Numbered from the stretch's first letter, positions 47,087-56,374 are shown. The stretch is DNA of 64,000 nt from Bacilli bacterium (GCA_017468925.1 JAFUHI010000004.1:70161-134160), one strand, 5' to 3'. Numbers and translations: made by a program. Notes: generated by a model not told the origin, from the letters alone.

Positions 47087-48427
47087 TTATTTATCTTCTG
47101 TTTTGGCTTCCGCTTTTGCTTTGGGCTTTGGAGAATCCGCAACGCTAGAAGAAATGATGAAGTCTCTTACTTTGCGATCAGCGATATTGTGCTTCCAACC
47201 TTCGAGGTCCTTTTCAACATAACCTCTGATTTCATCCACACCCATGCGATATTGGTCGGCCATTCTCTTGATCTCGGCTTCGACATCTTCATCGGTCGCT
47301 TCGATTTTCTCGACGTGTCCGATTTCATGCAAGGCAAGATACGCTTTGACATTCGGTTCAGCTTCGGCACGATATTGGGCTCTTAAAGCTTCTTCGTTCG
47401 ATTGAGTGATCTGGAAATATTGCTCTTCGCTTAAACCTTGCTGGGCGAGTTGCTGATGGAATTGCTCCATTCTAGCATTCACTTCATTATCAAGGATAGA
47501 CTCATCGATTTTGAATTTGGAACCATCAACGATTTGTTTGATCAAATCATTGTAGAAAGCGTTATCGATTTCAGTCTTCTTCTGGTTGAGCAATGTGGTC
47601 TTTTGATGCTCTTTAAGTTGTTCAACGGTTTTAACATCCGCTAAACCAAGATCTTCAACAGCCTCGTCGTTCAATTCTGGGATCTGTTTTTCTTTGATTT
47701 CGTGAATCTTGCAACGGAATGTTGCTTCTTTTCCGGCTAAGTTCTCAACATAGGCTTCTGGGAAGGTGACTTTGATTTCTTTGTCTTCGCCAGGTTTGAC
47801 ACCGACCAACGCTTCTTCGAATCCCGGGACGAATGAATGTGAGCCAAGTACTAGATTGTAATTGGAGGCTTCTCCGCCTTCGAATGGGGTTAATTTGCCT
47901 TCTTCATCGGCTAAGAATCCTTTGAAATCCAAGGTTAATGAATCACCCATTTTGGCTTCTCTTTCGACCAAGACCAAATCGGCGTTGCCTTCTAGCAATT
48001 TATCAATCGATTCCTTGATTTCCTTTTCGCTGACTTTCGCTTCTGGTTTCTTGGCTTTCAAACCTTTATAGGTTCCAAGTTCGACTTCTGGCGCTAAAAC
48101 GAAAGTGTATTCCACTGTTAATTCGGTTGGGCTGATTTTAGCGATATTGACATCAGGTCTTGAGAATGGGTTCAATTTGGCGTTGCTTAACCCATCTACG
48201 TATGCTGGAGTGAGGACCGAATCGATTGCCTCATTCCAAATATCTTCGGTTTTGACTCTCGCTCTAAGCATTGCTTCTGGGGCTTTTCCTGGGCGGAAGC
48301 CATCTACTTTGACTTTTTGAGCAAGCTTGTGGAAAGCTTTTTCTTGATGTTCTTTCCAGACCAAGGAGTCGACTTCGACACTTAATTTGACCTTGGTTGG
48401 GGTGATTTGTTCTACTGTGTGTTTCAT
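47087..48427 (-). CDS. tig: trigger factor
   Basis: 446 aa with an N-terminal ribosome-binding region ..DGFRPGKAP.., a central FKBP-type PPIase, and a helical C-terminal domain. Confidence 0.92.
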   Translation of the reverse strand: MKHTVEQITPTKVKLSVEVDSLVWKEHQEKAFHKLAQKVKVDGFRPGKAPEAMLRARVKTEDIWNEAIDSVLTPAYVDGLSNAKLNPFSRPDVNIAKISPTELTVEYTFVLAPEVELGTYKGLKAKKPEAKVSEKEIKESIDKLLEGNADLVLVEREAKMGDSLTLDFKGFLADEEGKLTPFEGGEASNYNLVLGSHSFVPGFEEALVGVKPGEDKEIKVTFPEAYVENLAGKEATFRCKIHEIKEKQIPELNDEAVEDLGLADVKTVEQLKEHQKTTLLNQKKTEIDNAFYNDLIKQIVDGSKFKIDESILDNEVNARMEQFHQQLAQQGLSEEQYFQITQSNEEALRAQYRAEAEPNVKAYLALHEIGHVEKIEATDEDVEAEIKRMADQYRMGVDEIRGYVEKDLEGWKHNIADRKVRDFIISSSVADSPKPKAKAEAKTEDK

Positions 48428-48461
48428 CTTATTACCTCAATTTTTAAATTGCACGGCTACA

Positions 48462-48490
48462 AATATAACCTATCTTTAGATAGTTGACAA
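48462..48490 (-). promoter_or_regulatory. candidate tig promoter
   Basis: Minus strand has TTGTCA (48490-48485), a 17-nt spacer and TATATT (48467-48462). The spacer contains the palindrome CTATCTAAAGATAG. Confidence 0.5.
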
Positions 48491-48503
48491 ACAAAACGAT
48501 TAA

Positions 48504-49397
48504 TTATTTGATGTTTTGTATCGATAAAATGACTTTTCTTATGTTTTCTTTAGCGTTTTCATCTATTTTCTCATTCTTCGGGGAGAATGGGGATGATAGA
48601 TAATCACCGGCGATTGATAAGAAAGATAATGCATAAGTTTTGGGGTCATATTCCTTCATTCTCTCGGGAAAAATCTCCAAAACATATTCATCAAGCAAAG
48701 TTATGGCGATTTTGACTAATGACATATCGTTGGTGAATTTCGAGAATGAACTTCTCACATTCATGTAATTGACGTCATACGGGGGCAAGATTTGGAGAGG
48801 AATCAAATGATATTCCTTTCCATTCTTTTTCAAAGTCACTTCCTCGTCGTATTTGTCGTTTATAAGCAAAAGCAATGAATATGTTTTGACCATATTCGAA
48901 TGATTGGAGATCATGAGTTCTTTCAAAGAAGGGATGGCCTCATCGATGCTCGATCTGGAAAGATGGGCTAATAAAGAGAGAATCTCATATTCGTCATCAG
49001 ACGCGAATATCTTCTCCATCTCTTCCTCGCTATAACGGTAATTCTTTGAACGGTTTCTTTCGTTTTTCCTCACAAATGAAGGGAGTTCCCTCAATTTCTC
49101 TTCAACTTCTTGGGAGACATAGGGTTGATTCTCATAGAATTTGATATCTTCGTAGGCTTCATCCCATTCTTCAAGAATGAAACGCAGCTCAAACGATGTT
49201 TTCATCGTTAGCAAAGGCTTATAGGCATATAGTTTCTCTCTATTGGAGATGAGTATCTTCAGCGCTTCTTCCGGCTCGTTTTTCCCTATATAAGCGGAAA
49301 TCCGATACAAAAGATCTTCTTCTTTTGATGAGCCTTTGGTCAACTCAATGACTAAGTCGTATTGTCTTTTCTCGATAAGTGTTTCGAAATTATCCAT
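48504..49397 (-). CDS. hypothetical helical protein (conserved position upstream of tig-lon)
   Basis: 297 aa, helix-rich, with no catalytic motif recognised. It may belong to the Mollicutes family that sits next to tig-lon (DUF3196-like). That is from memory only and unverified. Confidence 0.55.
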   Translation of the reverse strand: MDNFETLIEKRQYDLVIELTKGSSKEEDLLYRISAYIGKNEPEEALKILISNREKLYAYKPLLTMKTSFELRFILEEWDEAYEDIKFYENQPYVSQEVEEKLRELPSFVRKNERNRSKNYRYSEEEMEKIFASDDEYEILSLLAHLSRSSIDEAIPSLKELMISNHSNMVKTYSLLLLINDKYDEEVTLKKNGKEYHLIPLQILPPYDVNYMNVRSSFSKFTNDMSLVKIAITLLDEYVLEIFPERMKEYDPKTYALSFLSIAGDYLSSPFSPKNEKIDENAKENIRKVILSIQNIK

Positions 49398-49521
49398 TTT
49401 TTATTTTGTGGCCGATTGGGCAATTATCCCCATCGCACCCTCCATTGCTGTTTTTGCTGCTCGAACATCCTCCTAGAATAAGCCCTAGGAGCAATAAAAA
49501 TACGATACCTCTGAATTTCAT
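49390..49521 (-). CDS. candidate 43-aa lipoprotein
   Basis: Below the track cutoff. My translation is MKFRGIVFLLLLGLILGGCSSSKNSNGGCDGDNCPIGHKIKNG, i.e. a signal peptide plus lipobox (LGGC). Its stop overlaps the start of the next gene (ATGGATAA). No clear SD. Confidence 0.4.
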   Translation of the reverse strand: MKFRGIVFLLLLGLILGGCSSSKNSNGGCDGDNCPIGHKIKNG

Positions 49522-49531
49522 TGTAATAAGT

Positions 49532-50023
49532 TTATCCTAAAATGGCCTTTTTGTAACATTCAACTAGATATTGCAATGAATCTTTCGCGTTGGCGGGGCT
49601 AGTTGAAGGACATGGATATAGCGTTACATCACTTCCAGCACTTTGGTATTTCTTAAAATATTTCTCCGCGGCTTTGCCGTTAAATATAATTCTTTTCTCC
49701 CCTTTTTGAGATAAGAAGAAAGATAAGTCACTAGGCACTTCTTTCCTGATTGAGGAATCGCTGCTGCCCTCGATCTCGCATTCTTCTAATGAATCGTATA
49801 AAGAAATCCCATGTTTATTCAAGAAATTGATTTTTTCTTCTTTGTTTGATGGTGTTTCTTCATCAAAAACCATTGAGATCACTTTCCAGAATCTATTCTG
49901 CTTATGCGCGTAATAAAACCCTTCTTCTAGGCTTTTGCGAGAAGGGAAAGAGCCCAATATCAGAATCATATTTCCTTTAAGATGAACCAATTTGATTTTG
50001 TGTGTTTTCTTTTCTAAATCCAT
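49532..50023 (-). CDS. UDG-superfamily DNA glycosylase (family 6 / DNA-deoxyinosine glycosylase-like)
   Basis: Motifs are ILILGSFPSRKS....FYYAHKQNRFW and CPSTSPANA. The track start at 50065 is TTG; ATG 50023 (MDLEKK..) is the more likely start. Confidence 0.68.
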   Translation of the reverse strand: MDLEKKTHKIKLVHLKGNMILILGSFPSRKSLEEGFYYAHKQNRFWKVISMVFDEETPSNKEEKINFLNKHGISLYDSLEECEIEGSSDSSIRKEVPSDLSFFLSQKGEKRIIFNGKAAEKYFKKYQSAGSDVTLYPCPSTSPANAKDSLQYLVECYKKAILG

Positions 50024-50167
50024 TCTTTCCCTATTATAGCATTTAGTTCGATAAAATATTTCCAATATAGTTGAATATTCCTTGTTTTTTCAATGAAAAG
50101 TACAAATGTGCAAAAGCAAATTAACATCATATTGATTAGCGAGTAGAATGTCGCACAAATAAAGTCG

Positions 50168-50407
50168 ATGAGAAAACGAAATCTAAAGCCCAATAACATC
50201 CAGAGGGCTAGAAAAATAATGGGTGTCTCACAATCGAAGCTTGCATATGATCTAGGCGTGACAAGACAGACTCTATCCAACTATGAATGCGGTACTGCCC
50301 CAGTTCCAAGCGACATCGTCATATCACTATGCGATATCTTCCGTTGCTCCTCGGATTGGCTGCTCCGCTATGAGCCGAATAGTAAAAGGCGGGCCCGTAT
50401 CAAATAA
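50168..50407 (+). CDS. XRE-family helix-turn-helix transcriptional regulator
   Basis: 79 aa. ..IQRARKIMGVSQSKLAYDLGVTRQTLSNYECG.. is a classic HTH_3 motif. Confidence 0.8.
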   Translation: MRKRNLKPNNIQRARKIMGVSQSKLAYDLGVTRQTLSNYECGTAPVPSDIVISLCDIFRCSSDWLLRYEPNSKRRARIK

Positions 50408-50427
50408 GGGAACCCGCCTTAATTTAA
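50386..50427. terminator. bidirectional terminator between the XRE gene and the feo operon end
   Basis: AAGGCGGG (50386-50393) pairs with CCCGCCTT (50413-50420). On the minus strand TTTTACT follows; on the plus strand AATTT. Confidence 0.55.
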
Positions 50428-50648
50428 TCTTTTAGCGAAGCTTCGTAGCCGATTGAGGCTATTTTATCGATAATCTCTTCGACATTAAGCTCAGTGTCGC
50501 TATATATGATCGTCTCTTTTTTGAAACGCGATGATTTTACTTTCTTCACCGGGAATGAATTTCTTATGAGATTGTTTATATGCGTTTCGCACATTCCACA
50601 TCTCATCCCATAAACATTCAGGGAATAAACGTAATTACTTTTGCCCAT
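50424..50648 (-). CDS. heavy-metal-associated (HMA) domain protein
   Basis: 74 aa. ..VYGMRCGMCETHINNLI.. is the GMxCxxC metallochaperone motif. 14-nt overlap with the upstream Cys-rich gene. Confidence 0.75.
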   Translation of the reverse strand: MGKSNYVYSLNVYGMRCGMCETHINNLIRNSFPVKKVKSSRFKKETIIYSDTELNVEEIIDKIASIGYEASLKD

Positions 50649-50820
50649 ATTCTTTATGATAACTATCGATTAATTTGGAGCAGCTTAAGCCGCAGGAAGA
50701 GCAATTTCCTCCGCAGCTTCCACAGCTCTTTTTCTTCATTTTTGAACGCAGCGAAAAGAATATCACACCACAAACGAATAGAATCGAGAATATGATGATG
50801 AGATATTCAAACCACTGCAT
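50635..50820 (-). CDS. FeoB-associated Cys-rich membrane protein
   Basis: 61 aa with one TM helix, then KKKSCGSCGGNCSSCGLSC. Lies immediately after feoB. Confidence 0.7.
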   Translation of the reverse strand: MQWFEYLIIIFSILFVCGVIFFSLRSKMKKKSCGSCGGNCSSCGLSCSKLIDSYHKEYGQK

Positions 50821-50822
50821 AT

Positions 50823-53117
50823 TTAGTTAGACAACGCCTTTCTTTTGTTGAGTTTGGTGACGTATATGCCAGCAAACACAATGCCTCCGATCAAGGCTAA
50901 AGTCACTAGCAATCCGCCCCACCAAGCGACTTCATATAGCGAGATGAGCCAATAGAAGACTAAGGCTGTGCCATAAGATATAGCAAACCAGAATAGCATC
51001 GTAAGCCAGAATTGCTTGCGGTTTTGTTCGCCATAGGCAGCGCCAATCGCGGCGAAGCAAGGAATGGTGAATAAGTTATAGATCGCAAAGCTATAGACAC
51101 CAGCCGCGCTCAAGGAAAGCGTTCCTTCTTCTAGGCCAAGGACCGCCATAGTGTCGACGACTTGCTCCTTGGCGATGAGCCCGGTGATTGTGGAGACGGT
51201 GTATTTCCATCCATCTTCTCCATAGGTCCAACCACCTGGCAAGCAGCCAAGAGGATAATAGAAATAACGCAAGCCTCTTCCTAGATACGAAAGGATAGAG
51301 AGATCGATTCTGCTTACATATTCTCCCGCCTCTTCATCAAAGAAGACAAGGAATTGGAATTTGCCATCTTCTCCCCAGCCGAAGTAGCTAAGGAACCAAA
51401 TGACCATTGTCGCAGCGGCAATAATCGTCGCGGCTTTGAATAAATAGTGTTTGAATTTCTCCCAGAGCAATGCCCCGACGTTTCTTGGCTGAGGCATATG
51501 GTATGAAGGTAACTCCATAATAAATGGGGAGACATATTGGTCTTTGGAGAAAATCTTCATGAATAAGGCGTAGATAACCGCCATAGCGATGCCGCCTAGA
51601 TAGATCGAGAAGACGAATAAATCACCGGCAAATCCCGCTAAAGTTCCAACTGTGGCGAGCAAGGCCCAAATAGGCGCTTTCGCTCCGCAAGAGAAGCAAG
51701 TGATTAATCTAATTGTCCTGTTCTTCTCTTTCTCATCTTCTAGTGTCCTAGTGGCCATGATGGCAGGAACGGAGCAGCCAAATCCCGAAAGCATTGGGAT
51801 AAAGGCTTTTCCGGATAAACCGAACTTCCTAAAGGCTCTATCGAGAATGAAGGCGACACGAGCCATATAACCGCTGTCTTCAAGGATGGCGATGAAGAAG
51901 AATAGAATCATGATCTGAGGGATGAAGCTTAGTACAGCGTCCAATCCAGTTAACAATCCATCGATCACTAATGATGTATACCATTGTCCTTCGGGCATGA
52001 ATGACTCAAAGCCCGTTATGATTGAGCCGGTAGCGAGCCCAAACCATGACTGGAGGAAAACACCGATCGAAGGAATGCCATTCATTCCTCCCAGTTCTTC
52101 TAGCGGTGTCCAATAGTCTGCAGAAAGAAATCTTACCCAACCTGCGTGACCGATTAATTCGAATTCATCGAATGGGACTCCTGCAATCGCCGCCCCGATA
52201 TGACCGATATAGAAAAGATCCTCGGAGAAGGTGAAATGGAAGATAAAGAACATTATGACAACGAATAGAGGGATAGCCCAGATTTTATGTGTCAATACCT
52301 TATCTATCTTGTCGGATTTGCTTAGCTTTTCTTCCGCTACTTCATGTTTCGACAAAGCGCTGGAGCATTTTTCAGAGATGAATTTGTATCTAGCATCGGC
52401 AATCATCGATTCGAAGTCGACATCTTCTTTGGCTTCCATGTTAGCCTTGTATTGGTCGACCATTGAAACGAGATTTCCATGGTTTTCCACCTCGATATCG
52501 TCTTTGCCCACCAATTTAATCGCGTGGAATAATGGGCTAGCAACCCCCATTCCTTCGAAGGCGATTCTTACGTCTTCGATCAAGTGTAATAAAGATTTGT
52601 CCTCGATGACGGAGTGGCCTTTTCTTGGGGTGAAGGCGGCTTTATAAGCAACCTCCATCAAGGATTTAAGTCCTTCTCCTTTTAAGGCGGATATCTTAAC
52701 GACTGGGACGCCTAATTCTTTTTCGAGTTTGATTGTATCGATTGATTTGCCTTCCTTATCCATTAGATCGCTCATATTGAGGGCGATGACAACTGGGACA
52801 TCGATCTCTAATATTTGCGTGGATAAATAAAGGTTTCTTTCTAGATTGGTCGCATCCACAACGTTAATGACGCAATCAGGTTTTTCTTCGATTATGAAGT
52901 TTCTTGAGATGACTTCTTCTGGAGTATAAGGCGATAAAGAATAAATGCCCGGAAGGTCAACGATGTTTATTTCTTCATCGAGCTTCTTGTATCTTCCTTC
53001 TTTTTTATCGACCGTGACTCCTGGCCAGTTTCCGACATGGGCCGTTGAGCCGGTCAAGGAATTAAAAAGCGTGGTTTTACCACAGTTTGGGTTGCCCGCT
53101 AAAGCGAAGTTCTTCAT
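50823..53117 (-). CDS. feoB: ferrous iron transporter FeoB
   Basis: 764 aa with an N-terminal G domain (GNPNCGKTTLFN, DLPG, NMSD) and a polytopic permease domain. Confidence 0.93.
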   Translation of the reverse strand: MKNFALAGNPNCGKTTLFNSLTGSTAHVGNWPGVTVDKKEGRYKKLDEEINIVDLPGIYSLSPYTPEEVISRNFIIEEKPDCVINVVDATNLERNLYLSTQILEIDVPVVIALNMSDLMDKEGKSIDTIKLEKELGVPVVKISALKGEGLKSLMEVAYKAAFTPRKGHSVIEDKSLLHLIEDVRIAFEGMGVASPLFHAIKLVGKDDIEVENHGNLVSMVDQYKANMEAKEDVDFESMIADARYKFISEKCSSALSKHEVAEEKLSKSDKIDKVLTHKIWAIPLFVVIMFFIFHFTFSEDLFYIGHIGAAIAGVPFDEFELIGHAGWVRFLSADYWTPLEELGGMNGIPSIGVFLQSWFGLATGSIITGFESFMPEGQWYTSLVIDGLLTGLDAVLSFIPQIMILFFFIAILEDSGYMARVAFILDRAFRKFGLSGKAFIPMLSGFGCSVPAIMATRTLEDEKEKNRTIRLITCFSCGAKAPIWALLATVGTLAGFAGDLFVFSIYLGGIAMAVIYALFMKIFSKDQYVSPFIMELPSYHMPQPRNVGALLWEKFKHYLFKAATIIAAATMVIWFLSYFGWGEDGKFQFLVFFDEEAGEYVSRIDLSILSYLGRGLRYFYYPLGCLPGGWTYGEDGWKYTVSTITGLIAKEQVVDTMAVLGLEEGTLSLSAAGVYSFAIYNLFTIPCFAAIGAAYGEQNRKQFWLTMLFWFAISYGTALVFYWLISLYEVAWWGGLLVTLALIGGIVFAGIYVTKLNKRKALSN

Positions 53118-53344
53118 TATTTGACAACCTCCACTTCAATTAAGGCCGCCTCAGCTTTTCGTAAGGAAAGCTCATAGCCTCTGATGGTTACCTCAATCGG
53201 ATCGCCCAAAGGAGCCTTTTTCCTTAAATAAAGCTCTACTCCAGGAGTGACTCCCATATCAAGGAGCCTGCTTCTGAATCTTTTTTCTCCACCGACTGAG
53301 GTGATTTTGGCTTTTTCGCCAACTTTTAGTTCTTGCAATGTCAT
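53117..53344 (-). CDS. feoA: FeoA-family protein (copy 2)
   Basis: 75 aa with an SH3-like FeoA pattern ..LLDMGVTPGVELYLRKKAPLGDPIEV... Its stop overlaps the feoB start. Confidence 0.85.
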   Translation of the reverse strand: MTLQELKVGEKAKITSVGGEKRFRSRLLDMGVTPGVELYLRKKAPLGDPIEVTIRGYELSLRKAEAALIEVEVVK

Positions 53345-53358
53345 GCAATTCTCCCTTT

Positions 53359-53571
53359 CTACGCCACAATAATGCGCGAAGCCAAATCTCTATCGAGGCC
53401 GATTCTTACCCCTTTGACAAGGCAAATAAGATTCCCGCGATTATCGGAAATGACTTTGACTACCCCGCCGACATACAAACCTAAAGATTCCAAGTGCTTC
53501 TTTGTCTTATCATCCACTTGCACTTTCACGATTTTGAGTTCTACATCTAGCGGAGCGATTATTAACGGCAT
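53359..53571 (-). CDS. feoA: FeoA-family protein (copy 1)
   Basis: 70 aa with ..HLESLGLYVGGVVKVISDNRGNLICLVKGVRIGL... Confidence 0.8.
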   Translation of the reverse strand: MPLIIAPLDVELKIVKVQVDDKTKKHLESLGLYVGGVVKVISDNRGNLICLVKGVRIGLDRDLASRIIVA

Positions 53572-53583
53572 AATATTACCTCT

Positions 53584-53637
53584 GGTTAGTCTTTGCTAAC
53601 CGTTAGTTAGTTTAAATTAACTCAAAATGATTTACAA
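53584..53637 (-). promoter_or_regulatory. feo promoter with two palindromic candidate operators
   Basis: Minus strand has -35 TTGTAA (53637-53632), a 17-nt spacer and -10 TAAACT (53614-53609). IR2, AGTTAGTTTAAATTAACT (53605-53622, 16/18 symmetric), overlaps the -10. IR1, GGTTAG-N6-CTAACC (53584-53601), lies just downstream. Confidence 0.45.
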
Positions 53638-53684
53638 GCATATTTATATAAATATTTAAAAATATATAAGATAATAATCGCGTT

Positions 53685-54179
53685 ATGGAACAAACAATAT
53701 ATTTAGCGGGCGGATGCTTCTGGGGGGTTCAAGAATATTATTCTAGACTTAAAGGCGTGATCTCCTCCGAAAGCGGTTATGCGAATGGCGTTACACCTAA
53801 TCCAATATACAAAGAAGTCAAGACTGGTTTAAGCGGATATGCCGAAACGGTTAAAATCGTTTATGAAGATTCGCTTATTTCATTAGAGAAATTAATTGAG
53901 CATTATCTAAGATTCGTCGATCCTTATTCCTTCGAAAAACAAGGCGAAGACAAAGGAAATCAATATAGAACCGGAATATATTACGAAGATGCTTCTTTTG
54001 AAAACAGGATAAAGAAAGCATTAAAAGAAATGCTAGGGAACGACAAATATTTGATTGAAGTCAAACCTTTGAAGAACTTCTATAAAGCCGAGGAATACCA
54101 TCAGGATTATCTCAAGAAGAATCCTCGCGGCTATTGCCACGTTAATTTATCTTTGATAAAAAATAACGAAAAGAAATAA
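53685..54179 (+). CDS. msrA: peptide-methionine (S)-S-oxide reductase
   Basis: 164 aa with the active-site motif GGCFWG and ..EYHQDYL... Confidence 0.92.
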   Translation: MEQTIYLAGGCFWGVQEYYSRLKGVISSESGYANGVTPNPIYKEVKTGLSGYAETVKIVYEDSLISLEKLIEHYLRFVDPYSFEKQGEDKGNQYRTGIYYEDASFENRIKKALKEMLGNDKYLIEVKPLKNFYKAEEYHQDYLKKNPRGYCHVNLSLIKNNEKK

Positions 54180-54498
54180 TTTCATAGACGTCAGGCTTAA
54201 AAATCAGGCCATTTTTTAATCAATGCGTCTATAGACTTTTGGTCTATTCATAGCATGAATCGATATCATCGATCGGTTCTTCGTCGACATTTTCCATCAA
54301 AGAAAATACTCTTTCTTGTTTCTCGCTAAAAGAAAGCTGATCACCATCGATGATTAGATCTTCTAGTTCTACGTCTAAGTCTCCGCCCAATTCAATTGGG
54401 ATTATCATTGTTCTTCTCATATCGCTAATTGTATGGACAATCTATTTCTGTTTGGTTAATAACCTCATTAATTGCAAATAATTGCATTTATTTGATTA

Positions 54499-54525
54499 AT
54501 AAAAGCCGCCTCAAGTGAGACGGCG
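54499..54525 (-). terminator. Rho-independent terminator after the GH20 gene
   Basis: Minus strand reads GCCGTCTCA-CT-TGAGGCGGC followed by TTTTATT. Confidence 0.68.
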
Positions 54526-54541
54526 TTTACATATATCCTTA

Positions 54542-56374
54542 TTATATTAAGTTGACCGAGGCTGCACCCGCCCAGCTGAAGGCGGCGATCTCTTCAATTT
54601 TCTCCGCACAATCATGGGGGAGTTTCTCGTATTCAAGCTCTTCGATTCTATCGATTTTGCCCAATAGATAATCGTTAAGCCTGATATATGTTGATTCTAG
54701 TCTGCTTCTTACAAAGCCAAGTCTTCCATCCACCACTTCAAAGCCTGAGGCCTTATTGTCCTCAAACCATCTTTCGCGATAGGAATTTCTAAAGGTGTCA
54801 AGTCTCTTGATGCATTTCTTGATGTCTTTCATGCATTGTTCCAAGGCTTCTTTGTTTCCTTCTTTATAGGCTTTTCTCATCTTTAAGCCGAGACATGTTT
54901 TTATTTCTAGGACACTGGATAGATCGGCAAGTGTCTTATAGACAAGAGAATATTTCTCGCTTCTCCTTTGGGCGGAGCGGATGATTCGGGTGTTACGTTT
55001 ATAGACCTCTTCGTATTCCTCTTTTATCTTTGGTTCGAATTTGCCGAGTAATGGGTCCATATATATAAAGGCTTTTGAGGGGCTTTCATAAGGAAGAATC
55101 TCTTTTCTTACGTGGTTGACTTGCTGCATTGCGCTCCACAATTTCAAATCATCCCCAGTCACCGCTTTAAGCAAGGAAGAGACGGATTTCTTGTTGCCTT
55201 TGCCTTCGTAGTCGTACATAGAGAATAGAGCCATAGTCGGGAAAGGAGAAATGATAGGAGCCTCATTCCCGTTATCGCCCCAGGAGGTGATGAAAACCTC
55301 TTTGATTCCATTTCTGACCGCGGATTTGAGTCCGACTTCAGAAATATGCATCGATTGGAGGATGTTTGGGGCAAAGCCAATCCAAGATATGGCGCCTCCA
55401 GCGTAAATCGCTTCTTTCCCGGTATCCAATGTGGCGATGAATTTGTTGTCATAGGCTTTTGGGTCGATGTTGTAATAATCCCAATAGACTAAACCGACAT
55501 CTGGTATCAACGCTTTAACTTCGTCGCTGAGTTTTGTCTTATTATCGTACCAATTGCTGTTTTTTGCGCTTAAATGGAAGAACATATCTTCCCACATCAT
55601 CGGCTTAAGACCGTATTTGTGGCAGATATCCACGACTTTGTTCAGGTGTTTTAGGAATTCTTGCGTTTTATCGATTAGCTTGTTTTCGTATAGGAATCTT
55701 CCCATACCTAAGTCAAATGCCTCATCCATTCCAATGTGAATGACATTTGTCTTGAACATTCCTTTGATGGTGGAAATCATCTTTTCAATGAATTCATAGG
55801 TCTTGGGCTCGCCCATAAGAAGAGTTTGGTTTGTTTCTCTAATTGGGGCATACACTTCCCAAGGCAAGGCCTGGTTAAGGTGAGAAAGAGTCTGGATGCA
55901 CGGGACTATTTCGATGCCGAATAATGAGGCGTAATCGACCACTTCTTTAATCTCTTCTTTGGTGTATCTGCCTCTAAGGTAGCCAAAATATGGCTCGCCT
56001 TCTATTTCATACAGGTCTTCAATGTAAAGGAGAAATCTATTCATGCCAAATAAGGCGTGAACAAGAATATATTCCTTCATCTTTTTGATGTTTAAAGGCC
56101 CATTTCTTGAGCAATCGTGCATCACCCCGTTATGCAAGAACCTTTTGTGGAATTCTCTTTCGTAACTCTCTTCATCCCTATGCTCTTTTATCAAAGATAA
56201 GGCACGGAAAAACGAAGTCAATTGGCCATAGGTTATATGGATTTTCTTGCCTTCTTTTTTGATTTTTAGATAGGCTGGGTCGTCGCATTCCGATGAACTT
56301 ATATCGAACGAGGAAAAATGTTTTTCGCCTAAATATTTGTAGGCGTCTAGTAAGGCAATAGAATCGATTTTCAT
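54542..56374 (-). CDS. glycoside hydrolase family 20 beta-N-acetylhexosaminidase-like
   Basis: 610 aa with ..GVMHDCSRNG.. and HIGMDEAFDLG (the GH20 catalytic D-E pair in a TIM-barrel context). Cytoplasmic: no signal peptide. Confidence 0.78.
   Translation of the reverse strand: MKIDSIALLDAYKYLGEKHFSSFDISSSECDDPAYLKIKKEGKKIHITYGQLTSFFRALSLIKEHRDEESYEREFHKRFLHNGVMHDCSRNGPLNIKKMKEYILVHALFGMNRFLLYIEDLYEIEGEPYFGYLRGRYTKEEIKEVVDYASLFGIEIVPCIQTLSHLNQALPWEVYAPIRETNQTLLMGEPKTYEFIEKMISTIKGMFKTNVIHIGMDEAFDLGMGRFLYENKLIDKTQEFLKHLNKVVDICHKYGLKPMMWEDMFFHLSAKNSNWYDNKTKLSDEVKALIPDVGLVYWDYYNIDPKAYDNKFIATLDTGKEAIYAGGAISWIGFAPNILQSMHISEVGLKSAVRNGIKEVFITSWGDNGNEAPIISPFPTMALFSMYDYEGKGNKKSVSSLLKAVTGDDLKLWSAMQQVNHVRKEILPYESPSKAFIYMDPLLGKFEPKIKEEYEEVYKRNTRIIRSAQRRSEKYSLVYKTLADLSSVLEIKTCLGLKMRKAYKEGNKEALEQCMKDIKKCIKRLDTFRNSYRERWFEDNKASGFEVVDGRLGFVRSRLESTYIRLNDYLLGKIDRIEELEYEKLPHDCAEKIEEIAAFSWAGAASVNLI

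Noticed and set aside
50014-50280. 88-aa minus-strand ORF overlapping the XRE gene and the glycosylase start.
   Set aside because: It overlaps a clear HTH regulator on the other strand and the divergent promoter region, and it has no motif.
52231-52647. 138-aa + strand ORF inside feoB. Similar + strand ORFs lie at 58604-59023, 59567-59947 and 62866-63306.
   Set aside because: All are antisense to long, motif-supported minus-strand genes. None has independent support.
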